Shown here: positions 51,599 to 64,000 of the stretch, piece by piece
Numbering within the stretch: the stretch's first letter is position 1
Layout of the letters: each line of letters begins with the position of its first letter
Source of the DNA: Camelus dromedarius
Lineage: Eukaryota
Direction of reading: 5' to 3'
Assembly: GCF_036321535.1 (NCBI RefSeq)
Contig: NC_087437.1
Span: forward strand, 69,752,001 to 69,816,000
DNA length: 64,000 bases
Translations under genes and position numbers: made by a program
The notes under the pieces: generated by a model
Seen by the model: only the letters and a program-made list of their open reading frames with translations
Told to the model about the DNA's origin: nothing
The model's database searches: none

Positions 51599-52664
51599 CT
51601 GAGGAAGGAAACAGATGGGGTGGGGGGTGGGGGGAGGAGAGTTAGTGTTTTGTCTTATTTGTTCAGATTTTAGAGCAAAGTATTTCTTCTTTTGATACCA
51701 CTTCATAAAAGACTTAAGCTAAAAAGAGTTTATTGCTACCTCAGTAATATAATTTCCAGGTTCAGAAGCATTTGCCCCCAGAAGGTTGTTCAGTGACATG
51801 CAGGAAATTGCTCAGGAACAAAGCTCTGACGTGAGCAAGAAGTCCACTAAAGAGAAACTGTCATGGTCTTCAATCTCTCAGCCTTACCATTAGGGTATCC
51901 ACACACAGGCTCCTAATGTAGGGAATCCACAACGATCTTGTGTCTCTTTTCCATCAGTGTCAGACTAATTGTGACAGACACTTTACGTGGATCATTCCAC
52001 ATCCATTCCAACTCTCTCACCCCTTATTTCCAGCATTGTAAACACTGGAAAGTGAAGTACTTGCTTTTCCAGCTCCCGCTGGAGCTGGTGATGTCCATTT
52101 CACACAGTGACGGCCAATCAGCCGGAGAGACAGTTCCCCGGGGAGGTCTCCTGAGGACGTGTTTGCCCTTTACTTTCTCCCGTTCCTAATGACTGTGACA
52201 TCGAACAATGCCTGGTCATGTAGCAGCCACCTTGTGACCATGAAGACAAAAGCTATACCCTAAGGATGGCGAAGCAGAAAGATAGGAAAAGACCTGCTTG
52301 TGATCGACCTCGTTACTCCGGACACTTTTCCTCAGACTTGTTCTTATTAACGTGAGACAAATAACTAACTTCTTTAAGCCACTGTAGGAGTTTTTAGTTT
52401 CTTGCCGTGAAAAACACTCCAAATAAATACACTTATCCATAAAGCAAGTGTGTTTTGCTTAATAAGAAAGACTTTGTGTCTTTTTAAAGGATTATTTTTT
52501 CCTCTCAGGAAAGAGGTGACTTTCTAATTACTCATCTGCCTGGTTTCCTGATAGAACTCAGTCAGCTGACTTCATACTATAGACAGCTTACTAATATGCC
52601 TGCTAATGTAAAAACAGTTCATTTGCCCTGATATCACATCAGTTACTAACCTAAACTTCCTGCG

Positions 52665-53180
52665 TCGTGGTCCCCAAACTACCGCCAGGTTCAGTGATTT
52701 GCCAGGAGGACTCACAGGACTCAGGATATAGTCCTACTCATGGCTACAATTTACTACAGTGAAAGGATATAAAGAAAAAAAAAAAAAAAGCTATGGGAGA
52801 AGTTGTACAGGGTGAAGTCTGGAGGAAATCAGGAACAAGCTTCCAAGAGTCCTCTCCCCGTGGAGTTGTATAAGATGTGCTTAATTCCTCCAGCGATGAA
52901 TTGTGCCACGTGAGAGATGTCATATACGGGGGAAGCGCACCAGAACTCACAAACCCAGGGTTTTTACTGGAAGCTGGTCCTGTAGGCACCCTCTATCTAG
53001 CACGTACCAAATCCAGACTCCCAGGAGGAAAACGAGTGTCCAGCATAAACCACACCATTTGCCCAAAGAGTTTAGGCACATTGAACACTCTTAGTTAGGG
53101 AATGGTGAGAACCCTCTCAAAATCAAAGATCCCAGATGCCAGCCCAGGGTCAATTTTTCAAACAAGTATTTCTAAGAATT
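52665..53180 (-). mobile_element. ERV LTR (MER21-like)
   Basis: GGTCCCCAAACTACC...AGGACTCACAGGACTCAG...CAGCATAAACCACACC...CCCAGATGCCAGCC. Confidence 0.7.
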
Positions 53181-55078
53181 GAGAGATATTGAGATAAGAG
53201 AAATGGGGGGGCTTTTAGGAGACCATCAGAAGAGCTCATAAAAATGTACGTCTCTTTAAAATCAGTCAGCTATATATTTATACTCAGATAAAGCTAAAAA
53301 TTTATATCTAATCAAGACCATTGTTGCTAAATCTATTTTTTGGAATTCCTTCTTTGGAACACCTATCTAATAATACTCTTTTAAATCTCTTCAGTAGCAG
53401 GAAATGTTTATTTTTTGAAAATAGAAGTATGTTTTTAGAATCAAATGAAGCTAGTCTGGTAAGGTAGCAACTATGATTTTATCTTACAGTGACTTGTCAT
53501 TTTATCTTACAATGACTTGCTTTTGACCAAAGTTTTTTAAAGTCTGATTTATTATGTGGGGTTTGCAACTAACTATAAGTTATTTACAAAATGTAGTTAT
53601 TCTAGTGAGGCTATCTCCTACCTATAAAGATTTTTTTTAAGGCTTTAGCCCTCCAAGGTGACCATTATTAACTCTTGAAGAACCAGCACACTGATCACGT
53701 TTTCCAAAAAAAATTTTTGGATGAAACTAACTCAATGCTGGTCTTTGTAATATGTTATGTACCAGCAGTGTTTCTCATGATTACAGAACTTTGATACACT
53801 AATGAATCATTTAATTTTCTACCAGAAGAAAAGTTCCAGATTTATCTCAGCTAGATCTTTTTATAGTAATTTAGAATTCTTCCAGATAATTTATTTAGTT
53901 CCCTATCCCTGCCCAAACCTTTGGCTACTACAAGTATGCCCAAGGTGGTTTACCATCCTTACCAGTTCCAAGAAACAACAGATTTAGTGCCTTCTTCAAA
54001 CTGCAAAAGAAACAGAATATTAATTTCAACTATCCAGAAGAATACAGAAGGATTAGCTTGCAGGAGCAAGAGGAGACTTCAAACCTCTCTTACTAAAATA
54101 AAAACTTGGGAGCTATTATGTATGATTTGAAAGAGATTAGGAAACTCAAGTGAAAAGGTGAAAGTAGGCTGGGTAAGGTGAGAATAAATACATACCTATG
54201 GAATAGGGAACATAATTCAAAAGGGGAAAACAAAAGAATAAAGATCCAGATAATTCTGAGAAGCAGCACACTTTCTATCACCTGTTCGAGTGGAATATGG
54301 TTAAATTCTTTCAAATTCCCTCACTTTCTCTTGTCATCCTTTGCGTGGCCCCAGGAGAAGAGGTGAGACCTCACATGCATCTGTTTATTGTGACAGGAAG
54401 TCACTGCTCTCTATTCACCATTAAAAGAGCTCCAATAGCTACATATTCTTTCAAATGCTTCAAAGTATTTGAAATATAATTATTTATGCATTTAGTTGTT
54501 TAATAAATTGTTATTGATCTCCTGCAATGTGCCAGACATTCTTCTAGGTATTGAGAAGAAAAGTGAAAAAAAAAAAACAAACCCAGCAAATACCCTTGCT
54601 CGTGTTTAAGCCTTTCATTATATACCTTTAATAGACAGTGAAATCCATTAATTAGAGGGAATTAGTAATGAGAGGAACCTCTAAGATCACCCAGTCACTA
54701 AACCATAACTCTTCAAAGGTAATGACAGTGTCTACTCTTGCTCAACTCTGAACCCCCCACGTCCAGCACAGAACCCCATGCAAGAAAGGCCCCTCAATAA
54801 ATATTTGCTGAATGAAAGAATGAATAGACATCCTCATTCTATAGATGAGGAAACTGAAGTTCAGATACATAAAGAGATTTTCCCTAAATCACACAGTTGG
54901 CTCACGACAAGCCAGGACTAAAATCCAGGTCTTCTACTTGCCCAGATCGCCCCATTATATGAGATGGCCAAATTCACCCAGAGGAGGTCAAGGTCAAATC
55001 TGTTTTATTCATTTCAGCACTAAAACTGGGTAGCTAGAGTCTACAAAACGACAAAACTTCTGAGACTAAAAACAAATT

Positions 55079-55285
55079 GGGGAGGAAGGTACAGCTCAGT
55101 GGTAGAGTGCAAGCTTAGCATGCACAAGGGCCTGGGTTCAACCCCCAGCACTGCCATTTTTAAATAAATAACTATATAAATAAGCAAGTAAATAAATAAA
55201 TAAACCTAATTACCTCTCCCCACCAATAAAACCACAAACCACAAATAATGTAAAAAAAAAGAAAAACTAAAATAAAATAAAAAAT
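55079..55285 (+). mobile_element. Camelid tRNA-derived SINE (Vic-1 type)
   Basis: GGTACAGCTCAGTGGTAGAG (A box)...GGGTTCAACCCCC (B box)...TAAACCTAATTACCTC followed by an A-tail. Confidence 0.9.
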
Positions 55286-57301
55286 TGAATGCTGAAAAAA
55301 TATAATTAAAAAACCCCCAAATTGTTGGCTCCAAAATGTAAAATTTAAAACTGATAAGATTCAATTAGATGACTCCATAAGGAAACATATCAATCAGTTG
55401 GCTGGAACTCGGGTCAGCTGACCATGTACAGTTATACATACATTGTATTTTACATGAGATAAGAGTAATTTCCTACTTGTTTGATGTTACTGAGTATTGA
55501 ACAAAGGATCATCTTTGTGTTAGATGGAGGGGTGATTAGTTACTATAAGTAAGATACGTCAAGTCCATGAAATCAGTGAAATTTTTATAGGCCACCAGGA
55601 AATTCATGGGGAGGGAAAAATATAGAAGGAGGAAACAATCTAAAGTAACAAGCTTTCACAACCACAAAAGTAAAGTAAGCTAAGAACTCATCATAATATT
55701 TTAAAAAAACCAAAAACTTACATACAAATGAAGGAGACAGTCATCAGATGTGGACCACACACCTGCTCTAGCTAGATCTACTCTGATGAGAGACCACACT
55801 TGAATTTGGGGTAAGTTTTAACCTCAGACAAAGGGGAACTTTTTATGAACACAATCTTAGTTATGTATAAATTGGTCCAATGGAGACTGGATGCCAGAGA
55901 GAGCTTCTGGATATTGCTAACTTGCTCCCTGTTCCATTAGTGTCAACTCTAGACAAGTCAGGGCAGCTAATAAATCATGTTGAGCATATGGTTTTCCTGC
56001 TTGTTCTATTCAGCAGGCTCACTGCCCGGAAAGAACCATGCATGATGGCTTTCCCAACCCCTTGTATAAAGTGTTTAGCTGTAGCTAACATACTTGTGCC
56101 CTTACTATATGTTTAGAACAGTTCTAAGCACACTTGTGTCATTTCATTAATCCTCACAGCTACCTTAATCATCCCATTTCACAGCTGGAGAGGCTGATGC
56201 ACAATAAGATAAAGTAACATATCTAAGGCCACACTGTTCATGAAGGGCAGCAGTGAATTTCAACCTAGGACAGAACATCCAGGTGGTGTCTGTTTTAGAT
56301 TGCTCTCTTTGCCCGCCCCTTTGCCCAGTGGGCTCAGAGCAGGGGATCCACGGGTGTGCAGGCCTAGAGACCGTGCAGTCTAAAAACTGGTCTGTGTTAC
56401 CTTAAAAAGAGAACGTTCATCATGGACAGTAAAGCCATGTATTCTTCATGCTCTAGAGTTGAAGGGTGCTTCAAAAGGGAAGAGAAAATGTACTCATTCA
56501 TTCACTCATTTATTTATTCAGGAAAAGGTCCTGGGCCTTTATTACGTACCACACACTGTGTCATGCAATGCAATGGTGATAGAGGAATGAAAACACCAAG
56601 CAAAAATCTCTGCATTCTTGGAACTTACATGCTAGTGATTACTGTCATGTGTATTGTTTGTGGGAGAAGGGGTGGTGAGGGGAAAAGTAATAGCTAGGTC
56701 AGAACAGCTGGGTCCTAAAGAGCGTTCTTTCTCCTGGGCCACTTCTGGATTTGCAAAGTTGAGTAGTGCTAATGAATCTGGTAAATTGTGAAATATGGAG
56801 AACTCTAGTAGTTTTCACATTCTTGACCTGCAACCACAAAATCCTAAGAAAGATCAAGACCACATTAAGATAGTGATAAAGATGGAAATCATTTCGATCT
56901 CCATTTGAAAAAGTGTGGTGGTGTCTTTAAAAGAGTAAGGGGACCCGGGTGGATGACTCCACGGTGGGCCTTGAAAGATGTATGTCCAACTGGCTCTCTG
57001 ATTCTTGCTGAAATCAATTCTGGAAGCAGCTCTTGCCTTTATGCATCCATTCATTTCCTCGAGAGGGTGAGAATAGCACGTCTGTGCCTTCTGTTGGTGA
57101 GCAAATACCAGGAGCATATGCAGCAGAGGCTGCGTGTGCGCTCAGCCAGGCAGCCCAGCCGCAGTGCTGCTGGAGGGATGGCGGTGTTCCCAGCTGCCAT
57201 CGCCTACACTGAGCTCTAATGGCCCTGTTTACTGGCTCCCGTCCAGGCCCCTCCACAGCCCTACATTACTGAAATTAGGCTGAGTGGATTTCCGAGTAAA
57301 A

Positions 57302-57431
57302 CATTACCTCTTGGGACTTGCCCAGCTCTCCCCAGCCTTGTCAACATTGATTAAATAGAAGCTGCGATCATCCTGGGGCCACGCCCACAATTACTCAACC
57401 AATCACCACTGGGCTAGCGTGTTTACTTCCT
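57302..57431 (-). promoter_or_regulatory. Promoter-like motif cluster in the GAP43 intron
   Basis: In minus-strand order: AGGAAGTAAACA (ETS+FOX), CCAAT (57397-57405), GC/KLF box (57378-57386), TATTTAA (57357-57351), then donor GAG|GTAATG. Confidence 0.4.
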
Positions 57432-59524
57432 TTCCCTTTTTATTTTCACTTTTCTTGAATATTAAGCATCATCACCGCAAAGGCTCAAAGTAAAAGTAAT
57501 TTTTAAAAAATTCTGTAGCTAAGTCACACATGTCCTTTTGTTACTTACATGGTCCTCCTCTTAAGCTGTGCACCAGATGCCAGTCTGGAGCATGGTACTG
57601 GCTTTGGGTGGTCACATTTTGCTCTTTTTTTGTTTTTGCCATGTTTTACATTTTAAGTTCTTTTCAAAGCGCTGAGCCAGTATGCACCATTTTGGTGTCA
57701 GCAGAATAGGGCAAATATCCCCTATGCCCCCAACTCCTTGCTTTCTGAGCCTTTGAGAGAGAATAATCCTACTGCTTATCACATTACTCACTTAAGGATT
57801 TCAAAGAGTAACAAAAACCTAACCTTGGAGAAAATTCAGAGGCAGCGCCGCATGGTGGGGCCCCAGTGATATTTGAAACATACATATACATGTCTACTTC
57901 TCTCAAAGTTTAGGCCCAGAACCAAGCTGATTTGTATCTAGCCTTGCTACCAATTAGTCGTATGACCTCAGAGGGGTTACTTTTCCTTTGCCTCAGTTTC
58001 CTAATCTATAAAAAATATGGCTAATCATGACTGCCCCAACTTACTGCAGGTTGTTTGGAGACTAAAGGAAGATATTTAGAAGTACTTTATAATTTAAATT
58101 GCAGAATATAGTATGCTGAGATTTTAATCTAACATGTGGGATTTGGGTAAAAAAAATACCCATCAAGTGTAACTTTCACACCCCAGGAGAAAAAAGGCAA
58201 TCTCCCAAAGGAAAAAAAAATCTTTCCAAGGTAAATAATTTAGAGGGCTTCTCCCCTAGAATGTTCCTGTAAAGTCTCTGACTTTGATCAGAAAATAAGG
58301 ACACAGTGATTTATTAATTAAATAGAACTAGTGTTACAAAAAATTGGGAAAGAATCTAAGATTTTTAACTTTTGGAACGAAACTTAGTGGGTTTTTTTTT
58401 TTTTTTTCTGAAACAGAAATGACCTGGAGATTTTTTTATTAAATTAAAACAAAAGTCAAGGAAGGTACAAGTTGACTGGCCTTGAAAATTTCTTAAACAC
58501 CCCCTATACAAAATGTTTATCAAATCATGAAAAATGAGTGTCCTGTCTTCTTCCCCTGTTAGAAATATGCAGAAAGGTCAAAAATTACACTTTAGCTGGC
58601 TTGCATAGTTGCCCTAAATTATTTTTAGAACAAGATGGGATAAATAAATAAAATTAAATGATGTTAACACTATTTTCTTACCATTATTACAATGAATAAA
58701 TCAACTTTTAAAGGCTGAGTATCAAAATAAAAATTTGGGAATATTTCCACTCTAGCGTCATAGTCAGGTAGACTCACTCCCTCATCCCTCCCCCAGCTAA
58801 ATTAAGCCGAGCTGGCAGCTGAATCTGTAGATCTGTGGAGGCATTGCTTCCAGTTAATATGTGGGAGGAGTGGAAGGATGAGGAGTCAGTATAAACAACG
58901 ACGGCTCCTATGACACTGAGAGATTTTGAGAAGGGCCGTGTCAGGGATCGAAAAGTGATATTGTGATATCGAGTGTTGCTAACAGTGACTATCAGAAGCA
59001 GTTCAGCCTAGAAATTGTTTTCCGCTTTTCTGTAGGCTATATATCTCTCTAAAAAGTTCAAAATCCCATCTGACCAGAGATTAACTCTGCATCTCCCCTT
59101 CCATTTCACAGTATCTCAGGTGAGGAGAATCTAGCTAGGAGAGATCTCAGTTGCATCTCTCCAGCCTTTGCAAACTCAATGTCTAAGAAGTCAGGCAGAT
59201 AATATTAATGTGTAAATCTGGCCATAGGTAAATCCAGTGGTGGGGTCCATGGAGAATTAGAGAGAGCAGGCACTGCCTAAAGGCATTTTAGAATTTTAAC
59301 ACAATCGCTGGAAAAGTGAAAGAAAGCAGAGTGTCTGGAGTAAGACTCTTAAATTATATCAGGAAGATACATTTCTGGAGTCTGACTTATGGAAGAGGTT
59401 CCCTTTAGTCAGAATAAAAGATAGTCATACTGTATTTGTCTTCAAGAAAGAAGTCCAAATCAGGAGCCCTAAGTAACAGTGTGATCTTTTCCATTTTGCT
59501 AAATTTAAATTACTCACATCTCAA

Positions 59525-59805
59525 ATTTGTGGTTGTCAGTGGGGAAGGTGGCGGGAAGGTACAGACTGGGAGTTCGAGATCTGTAGATACTGACAAGGTA
59601 TATATAGAACAGGTAAACAAGTTTATACTGTATAACACAGGGAAATATATTAAAGATCTTGTAGTAGCTCACGGTGAAAAAGAATATGAAAATGAATATA
59701 TGTATATTCTTGTACGACTGAAAAATTGTGCTGTACACCAGGAATTGGCACACATTGTAAACTGACTATAACTCAATAAAAAATATAAATAAAAATAAAA
59801 CAAAA
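59525..59805 (+). mobile_element. Short L1 3'UTR insertion
   Basis: Similar to the L1 3'UTR at 63490-63745; TCACATCTCAA is duplicated at 59514-59524 and 59810-59820. Confidence 0.9.
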
Positions 59806-60005
59806 ATATTCACATCTCAAGATTTTTTAGTGAATGAAGTAAAAATTAAATAATGACTATTTGAGGTTTTATAAATGGCCTGCCAAAGCAAAAAGTGATA
59901 CCAAAAAAGTCCAGTTCTCAATATTATCTCTCTCCTCAATTGCTGTTCAAATATTCTCAACACCTCTACATCCCTACCCATGCCTTCCAGATGTCCTATG
60001 CTCCT

Positions 60006-60395
60006 TGTTACAGATGCTGTTGGCAACATTCTCAGATCCCCTTTACCAGACCCATGTCCCCATCTCCCAGCTGCTGGAGGTGTTGAGCCCACACCTGCTC
60101 CTTGGGCAGGGGATGTAAATTGAACCACCTCAACCTGAGGTGCCTGAGAGGCCATGCCCCCACTGCTCCCTATGACTCCAGACACAGTTTCTGTCTGTGA
60201 TGCAACTTGTGTTTCAGTGCTCTCCATGGGACCAGGCTGAGACCACACTTTCCTGAATCCACTTCCTGAGTCCACTTTGCCTGGTTTCTTCCCCTGGCCT
60301 CTCTTCTCTCTTCATTTCCTTACAGATTTTCACCAATAAAGTATTTGCACAAGAGTCTCTTCTCAGGCTCTAATTCTGGGGAATGGGACCAAAGT
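60006..60395 (+). mobile_element. ERVL LTR (LTR16-like)
   Basis: TGTTACAGATGCTG...CTCAGATCCCCTT...CCAATAAAGTATTTGCAC...TCTCAGGCTCT...GGGGAA. Confidence 0.7.
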
Positions 60396-61194
60396 TAATC
60401 CTTTAACCAAAAATTAAGGACTGGAGTTGGGAGGCAGGCCAGTCAATTTCCTTAGTCAGTGTACATAGCAAGTCTTCAAGGTTTGAATCCTTTGGGTTTG
60501 CTGCTTAGTCAGCCCTCAGGACCCAGCTTAAATGTTGTTTCCACACCTCCAAACCTATCCTGGGCAGAATTAATCACTTCCTTCTCTTCATTGGTAAGTA
60601 AATTATATCCCTTGCATTATATGATAGTTTGTGGTATTTTTTCTGGTCTTCTTGACTGTGAACTAACTTCTCAAATGAGAAGTCTGATACATTTGCAAGA
60701 ATCTAAACTCCACAAAAGAAGAGATTTTTAATTTTGTTTAGCGATGAATCCCAAATACCTAGAAAAGTACCTGGCAAATATATATATTTTTAATGAATCA
60801 AGGCATCCACAGTAACATCAACTCCTGGATTCATGCTTATCACAAGATTGACATTTAATATTTATAGGAGAGAAGAAAGTGATGGAAAAAGGGGACAATT
60901 TCAAATATGCTTTGTGTCATGTAGATAAAGCCTTAATTGCCTCAAGCATAAAAATTGTGGAGCTGTATTATTATCATGACCAAATATCAGATATTTGTCT
61001 GAATTTCAAAATATTGGATTATAAAAAGAAGCCCTAATATTATCCTGGTTTATTGGAATGGAAAGCATTATTCCATCATTTCCCATTTTGGGGCTAATTT
61101 TAATTTTATGTTTTCTAATTTTATAACAAACTATTCAGATATAAAAAACCTAAATGTAAAAAATAGATACCTATTACAAGCATTAACTATTTTT

Positions 61195-61450
61195 AGATGG
61201 CACAGAGTAGTGGTTAAGAGAGCTGTTTCTAGTCAGCCTGCTTGAATTTAAATTCTATCCCTGACACTTAACAATAACTTGGAGTAAGTTACTTAACCTC
61301 TTATTGCCTCATTTTCCTTACCTGTGATTGGTGTTAACATTGGTACCCACCTCACTGGGTTGTTATAACATTCAAATGTGTTAATTGTTTAAAGTAATTA
61401 ATAATGAATGGCATGTTTCAGTAACTGCTCAATAAATATTGACTATTATT
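61195..61450 (+). mobile_element. MIR SINE
   Basis: AGTAGTGGTTAAGAG...AAGTTACTTAACCTC...GCCTCATTTTCCTTACCTG...TGCTCAATAAATATT. Confidence 0.75.
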
Positions 61451-61826
61451 ATTAAGTGACTGGAAGGGTACTAACACTGATTTAATGTTTACCTTGTGCC
61501 AAGCATTGTGCTAAGGGCTCTCACATATTGGTATTTAATATATATCATCTCTGATTTCCTATTTTTTCATCAATAAACTGGGAATAATAATAGTATCTAC
61601 CTCATAGATTTGTGGTGAGCACTAAATGAGAGGAAAAAACCAAACTAACACAGTGCCACTACCTTGCTCACCTATGTGTCTAAAAAATGAGTTATCTTCT
61701 CTCTCTCTTTCCATTAATTCATGCTTATTTATCCTTAGGCCATAGCCAAAGAGAAACTGTCTTCAAGTACTCCAAGAAAGGAAAAGTCTGTGCCTTATGA
61801 AGTTTTTGCTTGTAAAGTTAAAAAAC

Positions 61827-61827
<1 letters not shown>

Positions 61828-61925
<98 letters not shown>

Positions 61926-61927
61926 AA
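61828..61927. repeat. (GAAA)25 microsatellite
   Basis: Uninterrupted GAAA run. Confidence 0.97.
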
Positions 61928-62113
61928 AAATTTTGAAAAAAGGCTTCAAAGTCAAGGGCTGACATCCAAAAATGATTGCAAGGGCAAAGCTGACCATTGA
62001 CCAAACTTGAGAGGCATGATTCTATAATGCAAGAATCAAGGCTGCTAAACAGTAATGTCTCAAAAGGCAAGAACTTCTCTGCTATGGACTCTACTTAAGA
62101 ACAGGATGATCTT

Positions 62114-63801
62114 ACATATTTCACAGAATGAGAACAAATCATAATAAAATTTATATGGAACCACAAAAGACCTAGAATTGCCAAAGCATTACTGAAGAAA
62201 AAGAAAGAGGCTGGAGGAATAACTCTCCCAGACTTTAGACAATACTATAGAGCTACAGTAATCAAAATAGTATGGTATTGGTACAAAGACAGACATGTGG
62301 ACCAATGGAACAGAATAGAGAGCCCAGAAATGAACCCAAAAACTTTTGGTCAACTAACCTTTGACAATGGAGGCAAGAATATACAATGGAATAAAGACAG
62401 TCTCTTCAGCAAATGATGTTGGGAAACCTGGACAGCAGCATGTAAATCAATGAAGCTAGAACACTCCCTTACACCATACATGAAAATAAACTCAAAATGG
62501 GTCAAAGACTTAAACATAAGACAAGATACAATAAACCTCCTAGAAGAAAACATAGGCAAAACATCATCTCACATACATCTCAAAAATGCTCTCCTAGGGC
62601 AGTCTACCCAAGCAATAGAAATAAAAGCAAGAATAAACAAATGGGACCTAATTAAACTTACACGTTTCTGCACAGCAAAGGAAACCATAAGCAAAATAAA
62701 ACAACAACATACAGAATGGGAGAAAATTTTTGCAAAAGATGAAACTGACAAAGGCTTGATCTCCAGAATATATATAAGCAGACTTAATAAGAAAAAAACA
62801 AACAACCCAATCCCAAAATGGGCAGAAGACCTAAACAAGCAATTCTCCAAGGAAGAAATACAAATGATCAATAGGCACATGAAAAAATGCTCAATATCAC
62901 TAATTATCAGAGAAATGCAAATCAAAACTACAATGAGGTATCTATCACCTCACACCAGTCAGAATGGCCATCATTCAAAAGTCCACAAATGACAAATGCT
63001 GGAGAGGCTGTGGAGAAAAGGGAACCCTCCTATACTGCTGGTGGGAATGCAGTTTGGTGCAGCCACTGTGGAAAACAGTAGGGAGATTTCTCAGAAGACT
63101 AGGCGTAGACTTACCATATGACCCAGGAATCCTGGTCCTGGGCATATATCCAGAAGGAACCCTACTTCAAAAATACACCTGCACCCCAATGTTCATAGCA
63201 GCACTATTTACAATAGCCAAGACATGGAAACAGCCTAAATGTCCATTTAAAGATGACTGGATAAAGAAGATGTGGTATATTTATACAGTGGAATACTATT
63301 CAGCCATAAAAAACAACATAACACCATTTGCAGCAACATGGATGTCCTTGGAGAACGTCATTCTAAATGAAGTAAGCCAGAAAGAGAAAGAAAAATACCA
63401 TATGAGATTCACTCATATGTGGAATCTAAAAAAAAAAAAAAAGAAAAGAACATAAATATAAAACAGAAACAGACTCATAGAATATAAACTTGTGGTTGCC
63501 AAGAGGGAGGGGGATGGGAAGGGACAGACTGGGAGTTCAAATTTGTAGATACTGACAGGCATAAGTAGAATAGATAAACAAGATTATACTGTATAGCACA
63601 GGGAAATATATACAAGATCTTGTGGTAGCTCACAGTGAAAAAAATGCCACAATGAATATATGTATGTTCATGTATAACTGAAAAATTGTGCTCTACACTG
63701 GAAATTGACACAACATTGTATAATCACTATAACTCAATAAAAAATGTTAAAAAATAAATAAAATAAAACAAATATCTATATTTAAAGGCAAAAAAAAAAA
63801 A
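62114..63801 (+). mobile_element. Young 5'-truncated L1 (ORF2 3' part + 3'UTR + polyA), antisense in the GAP43 intron
   Basis: ORFs 62450-62992 and 62964-63455 are frameshifted L1 ORF2. Perfect 17-bp TSD AAGAACAGGATGATCTT at 62097-62113 and 63802-63818, at a TT|AAGA endonuclease site. Confidence 0.95.
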
Positions 63802-64000
63802 AAGAACAGGATGATCTTCTCTATTTCATATCTAAAGAATAGCAGTCAGTTGATTTCAAGGGAAACAACCTCATCCTTGGGCTTAGCTCCATTTGATTCC
63901 CTACAAGTTTTTAGGAAAAGTACATTTACTATATACTGAATGCGCCAGAACCTCCTGCTTGCAAATGTGCAGTAAATCTTGTGTCCAGTAGGCAACTTAC

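Larger units (their letters stand above)
51599..64000 (-). other. GAP43: GAP43 last intron (distal part; upstream exons outside window)
   Basis: No GAP43 exon 2 (IQ motif / acidic Ala-rich sequence) is seen to the right of the acceptor. Confidence 0.85.

Noticed and set aside
55079..55160. tRNA-like A/B boxes (also 13101 and 37060)
   Set aside because: SINE heads with AT-rich tails and flanking duplications, not tRNA genes.
61795..62070. KKER/FFLS repeat ORFs
   Set aside because: Translations of (GAAA)25.

Overview
This is mammalian genomic DNA, most likely from a camelid (alpaca/llama/camel): it carries three tRNA-derived SINEs of the Vic-1 type and young L1 3' ends. The only protein-coding sequence I can identify is the last exon of GAP43 (neuromodulin) on the minus strand, 51598-51510, reading (E)[28 protein letters not shown]. 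The supplied ORF track misses it. It is followed by a ~600-nt 3'UTR with a U-rich HuD/ELAV-type element and two polyA signal positions. 51599-64000 is the distal end of the last GAP43 intron. 1-50900 is downstream intergenic DNA; by synteny recalled from human and mouse, the convergent LSAMP 3' end should lie beyond the left edge. Much of the window is interspersed repeat (L1, L2, MIR, MaLR/ERVL LTRs, hAT MERs), and almost all supplied ORFs are spurious or L1 ORF2 relics. I found no demonstrably new biological system. The best unexplained leads are: (1) an orphan CpG island at ~7.0-7.8 kb, bounded by a CTCF-like motif and a perfect (CA)53, with exon-like segments suggesting a minus-strand transcript running toward LSAMP; (2) a compact CCAAT/GC-box/TATA-like cluster with a splice donor inside the GAP43 intron, which could feed an alternative frame of exon 3; (3) readable rearrangements, namely a twin-primed L1 inside a SINE tail, a 50-bp micro-inversion in a MIR and a short L1 3' transduction. 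Repeat subfamily names and motif calls are by eye and need RepeatMasker/PWM confirmation.
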